A DNA stretch of 62,118 nt, counting the filler. It is 8 parts of 8 records of this genome, joined end to end, with 100 filler letters (N's around TTAATTAATTAA, not from the genome) between each part and the next. Parts side by side here need not be neighbours in the genome. Positions count along the whole stretch, not along the records: positions 1 to 6,700 come from SRR31147125_65974; positions 6,801 to 12,668 come from SRR31147125_65978; 6 more parts are not named here. One strand, given 5' to 3'. Below, piece after piece: positions 1-9,972 of the stretch. A model generated the notes under the pieces. It saw only the letters and a program-made list of their open reading frames with translations. It was not told the origin of the DNA and did not search any database. A program made the position numbers and the translations under genes. Within the stretch, counting starts at the first letter, position 1. Each line of letters begins with the position of its first letter.

Positions 1-1
1 T

Positions 2-298
2 ATGGTTATGATTGATAAAAGAACCCTTGTAATTGCAGCACTTAGCGATAAAGACAACAAGTACGAATTGGATTTGATTGAAGATGTAAAGAAAAAAGGT
101 GCATTTATTATAACTGTAAGTGCACAGCCATGCGAGATACAAGGAGTTACTAATTTAAGCTTTGGCATGGATTTAGAATACGAGGCGTTGGGTATATTGT
201 TTATAAATGCAGCACAGCTTGTTACATGTTATAAGGCAGAGGTTTTGGGGGTGAATCCAGATGAACCTGATGGATTAGACCCATGGATTACGTTATAA
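2..298 (+). CDS. SIS-domain sugar-phosphate isomerase/deaminase (GlmS/AgaS/FrlB-like), C-terminal part, 5'-truncated
   Basis: Ends with AQLVTCYKAEVLGVNPDEPDGL, typical of the SIS-family C-terminus (G.NPD.P); lies upstream of a sugar ABC operon. Confidence 0.65.
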   Translation: MVMIDKRTLVIAALSDKDNKYELDLIEDVKKKGAFIITVSAQPCEIQGVTNLSFGMDLEYEALGILFINAAQLVTCYKAEVLGVNPDEPDGLDPWITL

Positions 299-350
299 GT
301 TTAAGTATAATGCTTAATAAATAAAAGGAAGAAACACAAGGAGGAAAAAA

Positions 351-1661
351 GTGAAAAAATTAATTTACGCAGTACTAGTTATTGTGATGGTATTCTCAAT
401 GACAGCATGTGGTCAAGAAAAAGTTGAATCATCTACAGCAGAAAATGATGTAGAGGGACTAAGTGGCGAACTGGTTTATTGGTCAATGTGGAACCAAACA
501 GAACCACAAGCAATTGTTTTGCAAGATGCTATTGATGATTTCATGGACAAAAACCCCGGTGTTAAAGTTGAAGTAAACTGGAATGGTCGTGAGATTAAAA
601 AAACTCTTCAACCTGCACTTGACAGTGGTGAAAAAATTGATATTTGGGATCAGGATCTTGAAATAACTATCCAAACTTGGGGTCAATATGCTTTAGGATT
701 AGATGACTATTATACACAAGTTTATCCATCAACAGATGGTAACACTTATGAAGAATCTGTAATGGCTGTTGCTACTCAATTATCAAAAGACATAGCAGTA
801 TTAGCAAGGTCAAAAGATGTTGATCTAGAGAGTGATGGTGAAATTTATGCTGTGCCATATCAACCGTTTGTATTCTGCTATATGTATAATAAAGAGCACT
901 TTGCAGATGCAGGTATTGAATCAATACCTACAAATTGGTCAGAATTTATGGACGCATGTTCTAAGCTTAAAGCTGCAGGATATGAACCAGTAACAACAGA
1001 TGATGCATATGTTCACATAGCTTTTGGAACTCACTTGTCAAAAGCAAAAGGTTCCGATTGGGTAGCTGGACTAATGAATGGCGAAAATAGTTGGGATGAT
1101 CCTGCTGTATTAGAAACAGCAAAAGCGTTTGAAGAGATGGCTACAAATGGGTATTTCTCAGAAAACGTTGGCTCAAACAAATGGCCTGCTGGGCAGCAAG
1201 ATGTTGCTAATGGTGAAGTTTCAATGTATTTGAATGGAACATGGCTTGTTAATGAAATTATGAATGTAACTGGACCAGAATTCCAATGGGGACAATTTGT
1301 GTATCCTAATGTCGAAAATGGATTAGATCAATATGCAGCTCAATATGCATTCCAGGCTTTCCAAATTAACAAAAACTGTGAAACTCCAGATGCAGCCTTT
1401 GCTTTGTTAGCACATTTGACCACAGGTGAGTGGGATGCTAAACTGGCAGAAGACACTTTTGGTGTTCCAGTCGGTGGAACAACACAATGGCCTGTACAAT
1501 TATCGGATGCTAAAGAAATATTTGAAAACGTAGAAGCAAGATTTCCATGGGCTGCAGGTGCAGAAGCAAATCCAGAAGCTTTGCCTAACCTTGCAGATAA
1601 TTTTACAAAACTAATTGCAGGAACAATTAATGCAGAAGAGTTTATTACAAATATGAAATAG
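351..1661 (+). CDS. Carbohydrate ABC transporter substrate-binding lipoprotein
   Basis: Lipobox MTAC; DGEIYAVPY, YNKEHF and MYLNGTW motifs of SBP family 1; RBS GGAGG before the GTG start. Confidence 0.92.
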   Translation: MKKLIYAVLVIVMVFSMTACGQEKVESSTAENDVEGLSGELVYWSMWNQTEPQAIVLQDAIDDFMDKNPGVKVEVNWNGREIKKTLQPALDSGEKIDIWDQDLEITIQTWGQYALGLDDYYTQVYPSTDGNTYEESVMAVATQLSKDIAVLARSKDVDLESDGEIYAVPYQPFVFCYMYNKEHFADAGIESIPTNWSEFMDACSKLKAAGYEPVTTDDAYVHIAFGTHLSKAKGSDWVAGLMNGENSWDDPAVLETAKAFEEMATNGYFSENVGSNKWPAGQQDVANGEVSMYLNGTWLVNEIMNVTGPEFQWGQFVYPNVENGLDQYAAQYAFQAFQINKNCETPDAAFALLAHLTTGEWDAKLAEDTFGVPVGGTTQWPVQLSDAKEIFENVEARFPWAAGAEANPEALPNLADNFTKLIAGTINAEEFITNMK

Positions 1662-1693
1662 TTATTTGTGATAACAGAGGACATAGTGATTAT

Positions 1694-1732
1694 AACTTAT
1701 CAGAGCTGCTTTTGATGTAGTTCTGATAAGTT
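1694..1732 (+). terminator. Stem-loop between SBP and permease genes (terminator or mRNA stabiliser)
   Basis: AACTTATCAGAGCTGC-ttttgat-GTAGTTCTGATAAGTT, an inverted repeat with G-T pairs. Confidence 0.6.
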
Positions 1733-1759
1733 TATGACTAAAGCAAAAAGGGGAATGGA

Positions 1760-2665
1760 ATGAAACGTAATAGGACAATGTTTATAGTCTTTCTAACACC
1801 TGCAATAATTAGCTATTTAATTATATTTATTTATCCGACTATCAGAACATTTGGAATGAGCTTTTTTTACGTGGATCATATTACTGCAAAGATGTCTACG
1901 TGGAGCTTTTCTGGAATTAAGAATTATATTACACTATTTCAAAGTGAATTATTCGTACAGTCTTTTAAAAATATTTTAAAAATTTGGCTCTTTGGAGGTA
2001 TTGGAATATTTAGTGTAGCTATATTTTTTGCTGTAATACTGACATCAGGAATAAAAGGAAAATCTTTTTTTAGGTCAATAATATATATGCCGAATGTAAT
2101 ATCTGCTGTTGCTATGGGTACAATGTGGATGCAGTATGTATACAGCTCAAAATATGGACTACTAAAAGGCATATTTACTGTACTTGGAGCAGAAAAACTA
2201 GCGGTGATGCAATGGACAGCACCAGAGATGCTTTTTGCATCGTTGCTGATAGCATATAGTTTTGGCATGATAGGCTATTTTATGCTTATTTTTATGGCAG
2301 GTATCGAAAGAATACCATCAGATATAAATGAAGCAGCAAAAATTGATGGGGCAAATGGAGTAAAGAGATTTTTCAGGATAACTTTACCTCTTTTAAAGGG
2401 GGTTATAAGAACTAATTTAGTGCTTTGGACAATTGAAGCAGTTGGATTTTTCGTATGGTCGCAGGTTTTCTCACCAAGATATCCGGAAACAGGTAGTGTT
2501 ACGCCAATGGTGTATATGTATCAGCTGTTGTTTGGTAGTGAAACCGTAGTGACTGAAAGAAACGTTGGTGCAGCTGCTTCTGTTGGTGTGCTGATGACAG
2601 TAATTGTTGTTATAATGTTTATAGCTAGTACAAAATTGTTAAAAGACGATGGATTAGAGTTTTAG
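1760..2665 (+). CDS. Carbohydrate ABC transporter permease 1
   Basis: Hydrophobic helices and the EAA loop EAAKIDGANGVKRFFRITLPLL. Confidence 0.93.
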   Translation: MKRNRTMFIVFLTPAIISYLIIFIYPTIRTFGMSFFYVDHITAKMSTWSFSGIKNYITLFQSELFVQSFKNILKIWLFGGIGIFSVAIFFAVILTSGIKGKSFFRSIIYMPNVISAVAMGTMWMQYVYSSKYGLLKGIFTVLGAEKLAVMQWTAPEMLFASLLIAYSFGMIGYFMLIFMAGIERIPSDINEAAKIDGANGVKRFFRITLPLLKGVIRTNLVLWTIEAVGFFVWSQVFSPRYPETGSVTPMVYMYQLLFGSETVVTERNVGAAASVGVLMTVIVVIMFIASTKLLKDDGLEF

Positions 2666-2668
2666 TGG

Positions 2669-3529
2669 GTGAAAGATATGATAAAAAGAAAAAGTTTTAA
2701 AAATAAAGTACGACTTATACCAGGCTATGCAGTAGTTGCATTATGGTGTCTATTCACCTTTGTATTGATTGGATGGATAGTTATTGCATCATTTTCAACA
2801 ACCAGGGAAATATTTAATGGAAGTTTATTTCAATTCGAGTCTGGTTTGCATCCTGAAAACTATACTAAGGCTTTATTTACACACAACGTTGCAGAATATT
2901 TTGTAAACTCAATGATATATACGATTCCATCATTGGTCGGTGTAATTTTGATATCTGCTCCTGCAGCATATGTTTTAGCAAGATTTAAATTTAAAGGTAG
3001 TAATATATTGCAGAAAGTATTTGTATCAGCATTAGGTGTTCCTGCGATTATGATAATATTACCATTGTTTTCTTTGGCAACTGCAATGGATTTGGTTAAC
3101 TCTAGAGTTATATTGATGATATTGTATATTGCAATCAATGTTCCTTTCACCATATTCTTTTTGATGACATTTTTCAAAAACCTTCCAGGAAGCCTAGAAG
3201 AGGCTGCGGCAATTGATGGATGTAGTCCGATGAATGTGTTTTGGAAAATCATGTTGCCGTTGGTACAGCCAGGAATAATCACCGTTACAATATTTAATTT
3301 TATTAAGATATGGAATGAATATTTTATGGCGTTAATATTTACTACAAAGGCAGAATTAAAGCCTGTAGGAGTAGGGCTATTTGCTATGGTTCAATCTATG
3401 AAATATACAGGTGATTGGGCGGGCATGTTTGCAGCAGTTGTAATTATTTGTTTACCTACATTTATAATTTATATTTTCTTATCAGAAAAGATTATAGCAG
3501 GTGTAACAGGAGGAGCTATAAAAGGATAA
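2669..3529 (+). CDS. Carbohydrate ABC transporter permease 2
   Basis: EEAAAIDGCS..VFWKIMLPL loop; ends GVTGGAIKG. Confidence 0.93.
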   Translation: MKDMIKRKSFKNKVRLIPGYAVVALWCLFTFVLIGWIVIASFSTTREIFNGSLFQFESGLHPENYTKALFTHNVAEYFVNSMIYTIPSLVGVILISAPAAYVLARFKFKGSNILQKVFVSALGVPAIMIILPLFSLATAMDLVNSRVILMILYIAINVPFTIFFLMTFFKNLPGSLEEAAAIDGCSPMNVFWKIMLPLVQPGIITVTIFNFIKIWNEYFMALIFTTKAELKPVGVGLFAMVQSMKYTGDWAGMFAAVVIICLPTFIIYIFLSEKIIAGVTGGAIKG

Positions 3530-3614
3530 ATTAACAACTAGTATGCATATCAACCACCAAATATCATAGTTGATGTTCCGTGATATATGCATGTAAAGTT
3601 TTAAAAATGATAAT

Positions 3615-4445
3615 TTAATGGTTATTTGATTTTCGATAATCACTCGGAGACATGCCAGTGCGAGATTTAAATTGACGGCTAAAATAGCTGTAATCGTTTA
3701 CGCCGACTGTCTCAGCGATTGATGCTATAGATAGATTTGTGGTTGAAATAAGCTCTTTCGCTTTTTGGATACGTTTGGATGTAATTTCTGAATTGATGGT
3801 AATGCCTGCAAGGCGGGCAGTTTCGCAAAGCTTGGTTTTGCTCATTCCCAATGTATGGGCGATGTCTTTTAGGGTTGATTTTTGTTTGTAGAATTTGTCT
3901 ATGTAGTCAATTATGCGTTCGGCATCTGTCAGCTCGCTTTTTTGCACATAGTTGTGCAGCCATATGTAGGATGCACACGCTGCAAGTACATCGGTGTAGG
4001 CTTTTAGCTCGGCATCGCTTAGACAGGTCAGCTTATAAAAAGCGGTCTTTAAATCATCCTTGCTTTCGTGCCATGAGCAAAGGTGTTTGGTTACATTCCA
4101 TTGCTTGTTGATGGATGTATTATCCAGTACCTGACCGAACATCAAGTATGCAAGAATGGTTTTGCCATTGGTTATAGGGATTGCGGTTTCAATTAATCCG
4201 CAATGGCATCTGTATGTGTATGGGGCATTTAGCTTTCTGGATTTTTCCAATGCCTTAGCGTTGCACTTGATGCACATTTGATAGCCTGATGCCGTGTTTT
4301 GTATAAGCTTGCAGAAATCGCATTGGGGATGGCCTGTGGTTACGTCTTCAAAATCCACGCTTTTTAGTGTGAATTTCTGCCCCGTAATTATATATAGATT
4401 ATTTAATAGCTTTGTAAGCTTGTCAAAATCGTAGACGTTGTGCAT
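3615..4445 (-). CDS. AraC-family regulator with N-terminal PocR sensory domain
   Basis: CDFC..C..C..YRCHCGLIETAIPI..GQV (PocR) and C-terminal IAETVGVNDYSYFSRQFKSRTGMSP HTH. Confidence 0.9.
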   Translation of the reverse strand: MHNVYDFDKLTKLLNNLYIITGQKFTLKSVDFEDVTTGHPQCDFCKLIQNTASGYQMCIKCNAKALEKSRKLNAPYTYRCHCGLIETAIPITNGKTILAYLMFGQVLDNTSINKQWNVTKHLCSWHESKDDLKTAFYKLTCLSDAELKAYTDVLAACASYIWLHNYVQKSELTDAERIIDYIDKFYKQKSTLKDIAHTLGMSKTKLCETARLAGITINSEITSKRIQKAKELISTTNLSIASIAETVGVNDYSYFSRQFKSRTGMSPSDYRKSNNH

Positions 4446-4524
4446 AGTGTTCTCGCTTTCTTTTCTGCTTTTGTATGTTGTTTATATGATTATACCACAC
4501 AAATAGTACAAAGGTTCAAAATGC

Positions 4525-4553
4525 GGACAATAATGCTATAGAAATGGACAATA
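4525..4553 (+). promoter_or_regulatory. Probable AraC-type operator (direct repeat)
   Basis: GGACAATA at 4525 and 4546, 21-bp period, in the divergent region between the AraC gene and the DUF5107 gene. Confidence 0.5.
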
Positions 4554-4661
4554 GTCCATTGTTTAAAGTCAAAAATGCTACTACTATAAACTTAGGCTAT
4601 ATTTATGTGTATAGTGATAAACAATTAAACCCGCAAGTATAGGGTAGAAAGAGGATCAAAT

Positions 4662-6650
4662 ATGAGTGAAGTAAGGTTTGAAAAAATGCGAATTCCCGGT
4701 GGACGTTTAGGCAGCGCGGGTGAGTATCCGATTATGTACAAGCAGCAAATGATGGAAAAAGAAAGTATTTTAGATGAATCTGAAGGGTTATTTATTAACT
4801 ATGGTAATATAGCACATATGTTGCCATATACTAGCCTTGATATGTATGACCATTCAGAAGAAATGAGAGATTTTGAAGTAGCTGTACTTGAAAACGATTA
4901 TTTAAAAGCAACATTTGTACCATCTTTAGGAGGACGGATGTGGTCATTGTTTGATAAAAAGAACAAACAGGATTTAGTAGTAAACAATCCGATTTTTCGT
5001 CCATGTAACTTGTCTACTAGGAATGCATGGTTTTCTGGTGGAGTAGAGTGGAACTGTGGCGTGCGTGGACACTCAGCGTTATCATGCGACAAAGTTTTTG
5101 CAGCGAAATATAATATGAAAGATGGTACACCAGTACTAAGAATGTATGCATTTGAACGTATGCGCGCTGTTACATTCCAAATGGATTTCTTTCTAAAAGA
5201 TGATAGCCCATTTTTGTATGCACGTATGAGACTGGTTAATGGATCTAAAAAAGTAACTCCAATTTATTGGTGGAGCACAATAGCTGTTGAAATGCTTGAT
5301 GGTGCTCGTGTGGTAGTACCTGCTGATGAGGCATATGTAAATCAAGGGAATGACCCGGTATATAAAATCTCTACACCGATGGTAGATGGTTTGGATTTAT
5401 CATATCCTACCAATCATACAATATCTGTGGATCATTTCTATAAGATTCCTGAGGAATCAAGGAAGTATGAGGCCTATATAGACAAAAAAGGAAAAGGGCT
5501 TATGCATGCTTCAACACGTAGGTTAAAAGGACGAAAAATGTTTGTATGGGGTTCGTCTGTTGGTGGCGAGAACTGGCAAAAATTCCTAACTAATAAAGAA
5601 GGAGAGAAGCAGCCATATTTAGAAATTCAAGCAGGTTTGGCAGCAACACAAAATGAAAGCTTACCAATGCCTCCAAATACTGCTTGGGAATGGTTGGAAG
5701 CATATGGTGCTGTTAATTTTGATCCAAAAGAAATCCATGGCGAATGGAAACAAAGTAAAAAAAATGTAGAAGCATGGTTGGATAAGAAATTACCTGAAGC
5801 AGAAATGGATGAATTGCTTGCATCTACACACGAAGCAGCAGTTACACCTGCTAAGGCAACATTTAATGGATATAGTTGGGGAGAGCTTGATAATATATTA
5901 AAAGTAAGCACAGGAAGTAAGCCAGCAGCAGAATATTTAGATTTTGGTTCAATGGATGAGGAACAAAAATTATGGTTGCGCTTTTTGAAAAATGGATACT
6001 TGGATGAACCGGATCCAAAAGATAAGCCTGTTTCGTTTATGGTGCAGGATGAATGGTTTGAAAAGCTTAAAGAATCTGTTAAAGATGTAGATAAAAATAA
6101 CTGGTATGCATGGTATCACTTAGCTATTTGTTATTTTGATAAAGACTTATTTGAACAGTCAAGAAGTGCATTTGAAAAATCTTTAGCATTACAACCAAGT
6201 ACATGGGGATATCATGGCATAGCTAACGTTGATAGAGTACTAGGAAATGATAAAGGAAGTGCATTAAAGATGGCAAAGGCACTATCTATGAATCCGGATT
6301 ATCTGCCTCTTATTAAGGAAACTATGCGTTTTGCTTATGAAACACAAGAATATGAACTAATGTTAAATGTGTATGATGGATTAAGCGATGAAAACAAAAA
6401 ATCAGATGGTGTACAAAAGTATCGTGCTTTTGCTCTTGCTCATACTGGGCAATATCAACAGGCAAAAGATATACTTACTAAAGACGGAGGCTTGCTAATG
6501 GATGATTTAAGAGAAGGTGACGACTCTATGCCTAACGAATATATCTTTATAGAGCAGCAATTAGGTAAGGCGAATGGAAAAACTATATTAGCTGAAGATG
6601 TGAAAGTACCTAGAAAAATAGATTTCCGCATGTTCCATGAAAGTAAATAG
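4662..6650 (+). CDS. DUF5107-domain protein with C-terminal TPRs
   Basis: VLENDYLKATFVPSLGGRMWSL and RNAWFSGGVEWN motifs; TPR-like AWYHLAICYF..A..AFEKSLAL. Confidence 0.8.
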   Translation: MSEVRFEKMRIPGGRLGSAGEYPIMYKQQMMEKESILDESEGLFINYGNIAHMLPYTSLDMYDHSEEMRDFEVAVLENDYLKATFVPSLGGRMWSLFDKKNKQDLVVNNPIFRPCNLSTRNAWFSGGVEWNCGVRGHSALSCDKVFAAKYNMKDGTPVLRMYAFERMRAVTFQMDFFLKDDSPFLYARMRLVNGSKKVTPIYWWSTIAVEMLDGARVVVPADEAYVNQGNDPVYKISTPMVDGLDLSYPTNHTISVDHFYKIPEESRKYEAYIDKKGKGLMHASTRRLKGRKMFVWGSSVGGENWQKFLTNKEGEKQPYLEIQAGLAATQNESLPMPPNTAWEWLEAYGAVNFDPKEIHGEWKQSKKNVEAWLDKKLPEAEMDELLASTHEAAVTPAKATFNGYSWGELDNILKVSTGSKPAAEYLDFGSMDEEQKLWLRFLKNGYLDEPDPKDKPVSFMVQDEWFEKLKESVKDVDKNNWYAWYHLAICYFDKDLFEQSRSAFEKSLALQPSTWGYHGIANVDRVLGNDKGSALKMAKALSMNPDYLPLIKETMRFAYETQEYELMLNVYDGLSDENKKSDGVQKYRAFALAHTGQYQQAKDILTKDGGLLMDDLREGDDSMPNEYIFIEQQLGKANGKTILAEDVKVPRKIDFRMFHESK

Positions 6651-6700
6651 TGTCGACTAAACTTTACTAATAGGGGCTTGTTGAGTAATAATATTATTCA

Positions 6701-6800
6701 NNNNNNNNNNNNNNNNNNNNNNNNNNNNNNNNNNNNNNNNNNNNTTAATTAATTAANNNNNNNNNNNNNNNNNNNNNNNNNNNNNNNNNNNNNNNNNNNN
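6701..6800. other. Artificial contig linker (also 12669-12768, 18853-18952, 30307-30406, 45019-45118, 50952-51051, 56213-56312)
   Basis: Identical N44-TTAATTAATTAA-N44 spacer with stops in all frames; composition changes abruptly at most linkers. Confidence 0.99.
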
Positions 6801-6801
6801 C

Positions 6802-7992
6802 CGCAACATCCCCATTTTGGGGACCACGACCGACGGCAACGCATCGGACAAGCGTTTGAACAACGAACTGCTGACCAATATCTCAAAATACATGGCCAAG
6901 CACGGGCTTCAGCCAGGCGCTTATGTCTATGTGGCCGATTCAGCCTTTGTCACCGAGGACAATCTTGCCAAAAGCGATGGCCATACCTGGTTTCTGACCC
7001 GTCTGCCGGCCACCTACAAGGAATGCGGCCGAATCGTTCGTGAAGCCGTGCTCAAGGATGACTGGATTGATATTGGTCCCCTGGCCGAGGAACACGACCA
7101 TCCCAATCGACCGGTTGCCCGCTATCGGGTCTATGACGGTACCGTGGCGCTTTATGAAAAAACCTACCGGGCAATTGTCGTGCATTCCAGTGCGCATGAC
7201 AAAAGGCGTCATAAACGCATCGACCGCATGTTGAAACAGGATCGTAACCAACTCGACGCCGACTGCAAGGAAATCGCGAAGACGGTGTACTATTGCCAGG
7301 CAGATGCAAAGGCCGCCGCGGAAAAACTGATCCACAAATCCGGCTCCAGTTATCATCACCTCCACGTTGATGTTGAAGAAGTGCCCAAATACGGTCGCGG
7401 CCGGCCTGCTTCAGGTAAATCCAGAGAAGCCTTGCGCTATGAATATCGTTTGGTGACCACCATTGCCGAAGCCTCGGACAAGGTCGGTTCCCTCAGAGAA
7501 GAAGCCGGCTGTTTTGTGCTGTTGACCAACCTTTTGGATCAGCAAGCGGATTGGCCCGCCGAAGCACTGCTGTCACTGTACAAGAGCCAGATCGGCATAG
7601 AGAAGAACTTCAGCTTTCTGAAGGATCCGGCCATCGTGAACAGCATTTTTCTGAAGAAGGCCAGGCGGATCGAAGTTCTGGGCCTGATTCTGTTGATATC
7701 CCTGTTGATCTGGCGGTTGATGGAACGATCCATGCGCCAGTATGTTGAAGCCAACGACTGCGAACTGCCCGGCTGGTTGCGCCGGAAAACCCGCAAGCCA
7801 ACAGCCTTCATGATGACAACCAAGTTTACTTCCGTCATGGTCATCACGATCGGCAACCACAGGCAGTTGGCAAAGCCCTTGAAAGCGTTCCAGCTGGAAT
7901 ATTTAAAGGCGCTGGGCGTCACCCGTTTACCGTTCTCTAAAGGAACCAAAAAAATTAGTCAAACCGTTGTCGTTTAGGGTGCGGAATGTATG
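6802..7992 (+). mobile_element. IS1634-family insertion sequence, 5'-truncated transposase (ORF to 7977) with probable right end
   Basis: DGNASD, VADSA, FVLLTN and YKSQIGIEKNFSFLK DDE motifs; GGTGCGGAATGT-like end just after the ORF. Confidence 0.88.
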
Positions 7993-8548
7993 TTACATTT
8001 TTTTCACCGGTCGAAATAATCGTCGGCGAACACTTCTCCGGGATAAACAAGCGTTTGTCGATCAGGGCGTAGCCGTGCTCGGAAACATAGCCTGCGAAAA
8101 CGCCTACCTGGCAATTATCCACTTTGCCGATGGTCCCGCAGTATTGTCTGGCAACCCCGATCGAGTCATTGCCCTTTTTAGCGTAGCCGCTCTAATCAAA
8201 AAGCATGGCGCCGTCTGGACTGCCAAGATCGTCGTTAACACAACTACGATACTTGGTAGCCATTTTATCCTCTGCCCATTGAGCATCACTGACAAAGCGT
8301 TGCATCGGTCTTGGGGTCCCTTCTTTCACGGCCATGGCGATGGGTTCGATGGACTTCCGCTCAAGTGGACTGAATTGTCCGGACATGTAATTAAAAAAGT
8401 GATCTCTGGATTCACTACGATGGAAACAATCGGCAAACTGCTCGTGAAATCCTTTTAATTCATTATTAAAATCTTTGATATTCCCTTTGCCAAGGTCAAA
8501 CTTTGGAACCGGATAAAGGTATTCGTCGCATCGGATGACGGGTAACAT
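7993..8548 (-). pseudogene. IS701-family transposase remnant
   Basis: ERKSIEPIA..MQRFV..D*SGYAKKGNDSIGVARQYCGTIGKVDNCQVGVF; in-frame TAG at 8192-8194; truncated at the IS1634 end. Confidence 0.88.
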
Positions 8549-8740
8549 GGCCTGCCTCTTTTTTAAGGGTTGTTTCGTAGTTTGGCAGACCAAGAATTAG
8601 ATTTCAATATGGAATCATATTATGGTGTCGTTGTAGGGCTATATCAAACTGGAGTACCACAATGCCTTCAATGAGGGTTTGATATATTCTTTTGGATTAC
8701 CAAATGGTGAAATGATTTAAATATTTTGAAAAAGCAAACA

Positions 8741-8773
8741 AAAAAAGCCCTCGCTTTCAAGCGAAGGCTTTTT
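8741..8773 (-). terminator. Intrinsic terminator downstream of the recombinase (possibly bidirectional)
   Basis: AAAAAAGCCCTCGC-tttcaa-GCGAAGGCTTTTT hairpin with A/T tracts on both sides. Confidence 0.75.
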
Positions 8774-8795
8774 ACTGCATCAAAACTTTTTCTTT

Positions 8796-9757
8796 TTATA
8801 TAGCGCCCAAATATTGACTTACCACATCGTCTCGATCCGGACCGTGACCCAACTCAGCTTTTATTATCTGCCTTGCATCCTGGTTCAGATTTTCCCAATT
8901 TTCGCCAGCTATTGTTATTGCATTTTTTCTGAATGCCATTTTTGAGTCAAACTTACACGGCGCCTTAAATCCGGTTATATCTTCGTAGCGATCCTGTGCA
9001 TAAGCATGTCGACATCCATGGCTCGATGCTCCGCAATCTTTCTTTGAGATTCCTTTGGCTCTCGTTATTCTATAATATTTCTGAATCCATTGTTTTTCGC
9101 TATGATCATTTGGAATTAAGTTGTTGATTCCTGATAGTGCTTTTGCATATTCTATCGCTGCTTTCCCGTTTTCGGTCAGTTCGTTTATTATCCGTTCCCT
9201 TCCACCTTTGGTTCCATGCTGAATGAATACCCTTCCACCTGTCATGACCGCCTGGTGGGCATTAAATTTACACGCTTCTTCGACCCTTAGTCCCAGATAA
9301 CGTTCCAATTGCAGCTGGGCAGCAGCCCTTTTGTCATCGCTGCTGTTGCTTTGCATCAATTCTGTCACCGCTTTTTGAAACACTTCCTCGGGCAATGATT
9401 TGTCACGATTATCCACAAACACACGATTGGGGATGCCAAATTGAGTATTGTCTGTTTTTATTCGATCGTTCCCATAAAGCCTGCACACAGCTCGAACACC
9501 GGATAAATATTCTTTAATCGTTGCTACCTTCAGATCATCTTCTTTCCATTTGTCGACCGCTTTTTGAATGTGAAGATTGGTTACATTATTCCATCTTTTT
9601 ACACCGTAACCCAGCGCTCGAATCGTATCCACAAATCTTCGGGCCTCTTTAATATGGTTGTGTCGGGTCTTGGTGGAACCGGATTTGCTTTTTTTATTCC
9701 CCGTATAGCTTGCATTACCAGCGTGTCCGTTCTCGTTGAGTTGCTCAGTCTGATCAC
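8796..9757 (-). CDS. Tyrosine recombinase of the Integrase_1-like subfamily; real start probably about 9748-9757 with a one-base frameshift near 9685
   Basis: Full catalytic set: GLRVEE (R), GTKGGRER (K), HGCRHAYAQ (HxxR), ELGH (H), VSQYL (Y). The upstream frame reads GSTKTRHNHIKEARRFVDT; RBS AGGGAGG at 9757-9763. Confidence 0.88.
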
Positions 9758-9774
9758 CTCCCTTTCTTGTAATC

Positions 9775-9931
9775 TTGTAGCGATCTATTAAAACGGTGGG
9801 TTCACCGGGTTAATAACCATTTTGGTTAATGCGATTTTACCCTGCATCGCCGTAGACGACGCCCCGGTAATGGGTAAAGGGTAAGGATAATCGCTTTATA
9901 TTTACGCTGATGTATTGATCAGCGGCTACAA
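9775..9931 (-). ncRNA. Candidate structured leader or ncRNA upstream of the recombinase (multibranch fold with a crossing helix)
   Basis: Helices 9775-9781/9925-9931, 9905-9911/9918-9924, 9831-9843/9878-9894, 9814-9819/9823-9828, 9848-9852/9857-9861; crossing helix 9802-9809/9863-9870. Confidence 0.5.
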
Positions 9932-9972
9932 AGAATGGGAATTCGGCAATTATGATCTTTTCCCTTTTGCCC

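Noticed and set aside
8192-8194. In-frame TAG in the IS701 transposase as pyrrolysine or readthrough
   Set aside because: One substitution from the expected GAG, in a gene that is also truncated; ordinary decay explains it.
7967-8458. 163-aa plus-strand ORF
   Set aside because: Antisense to the IS701 remnant.
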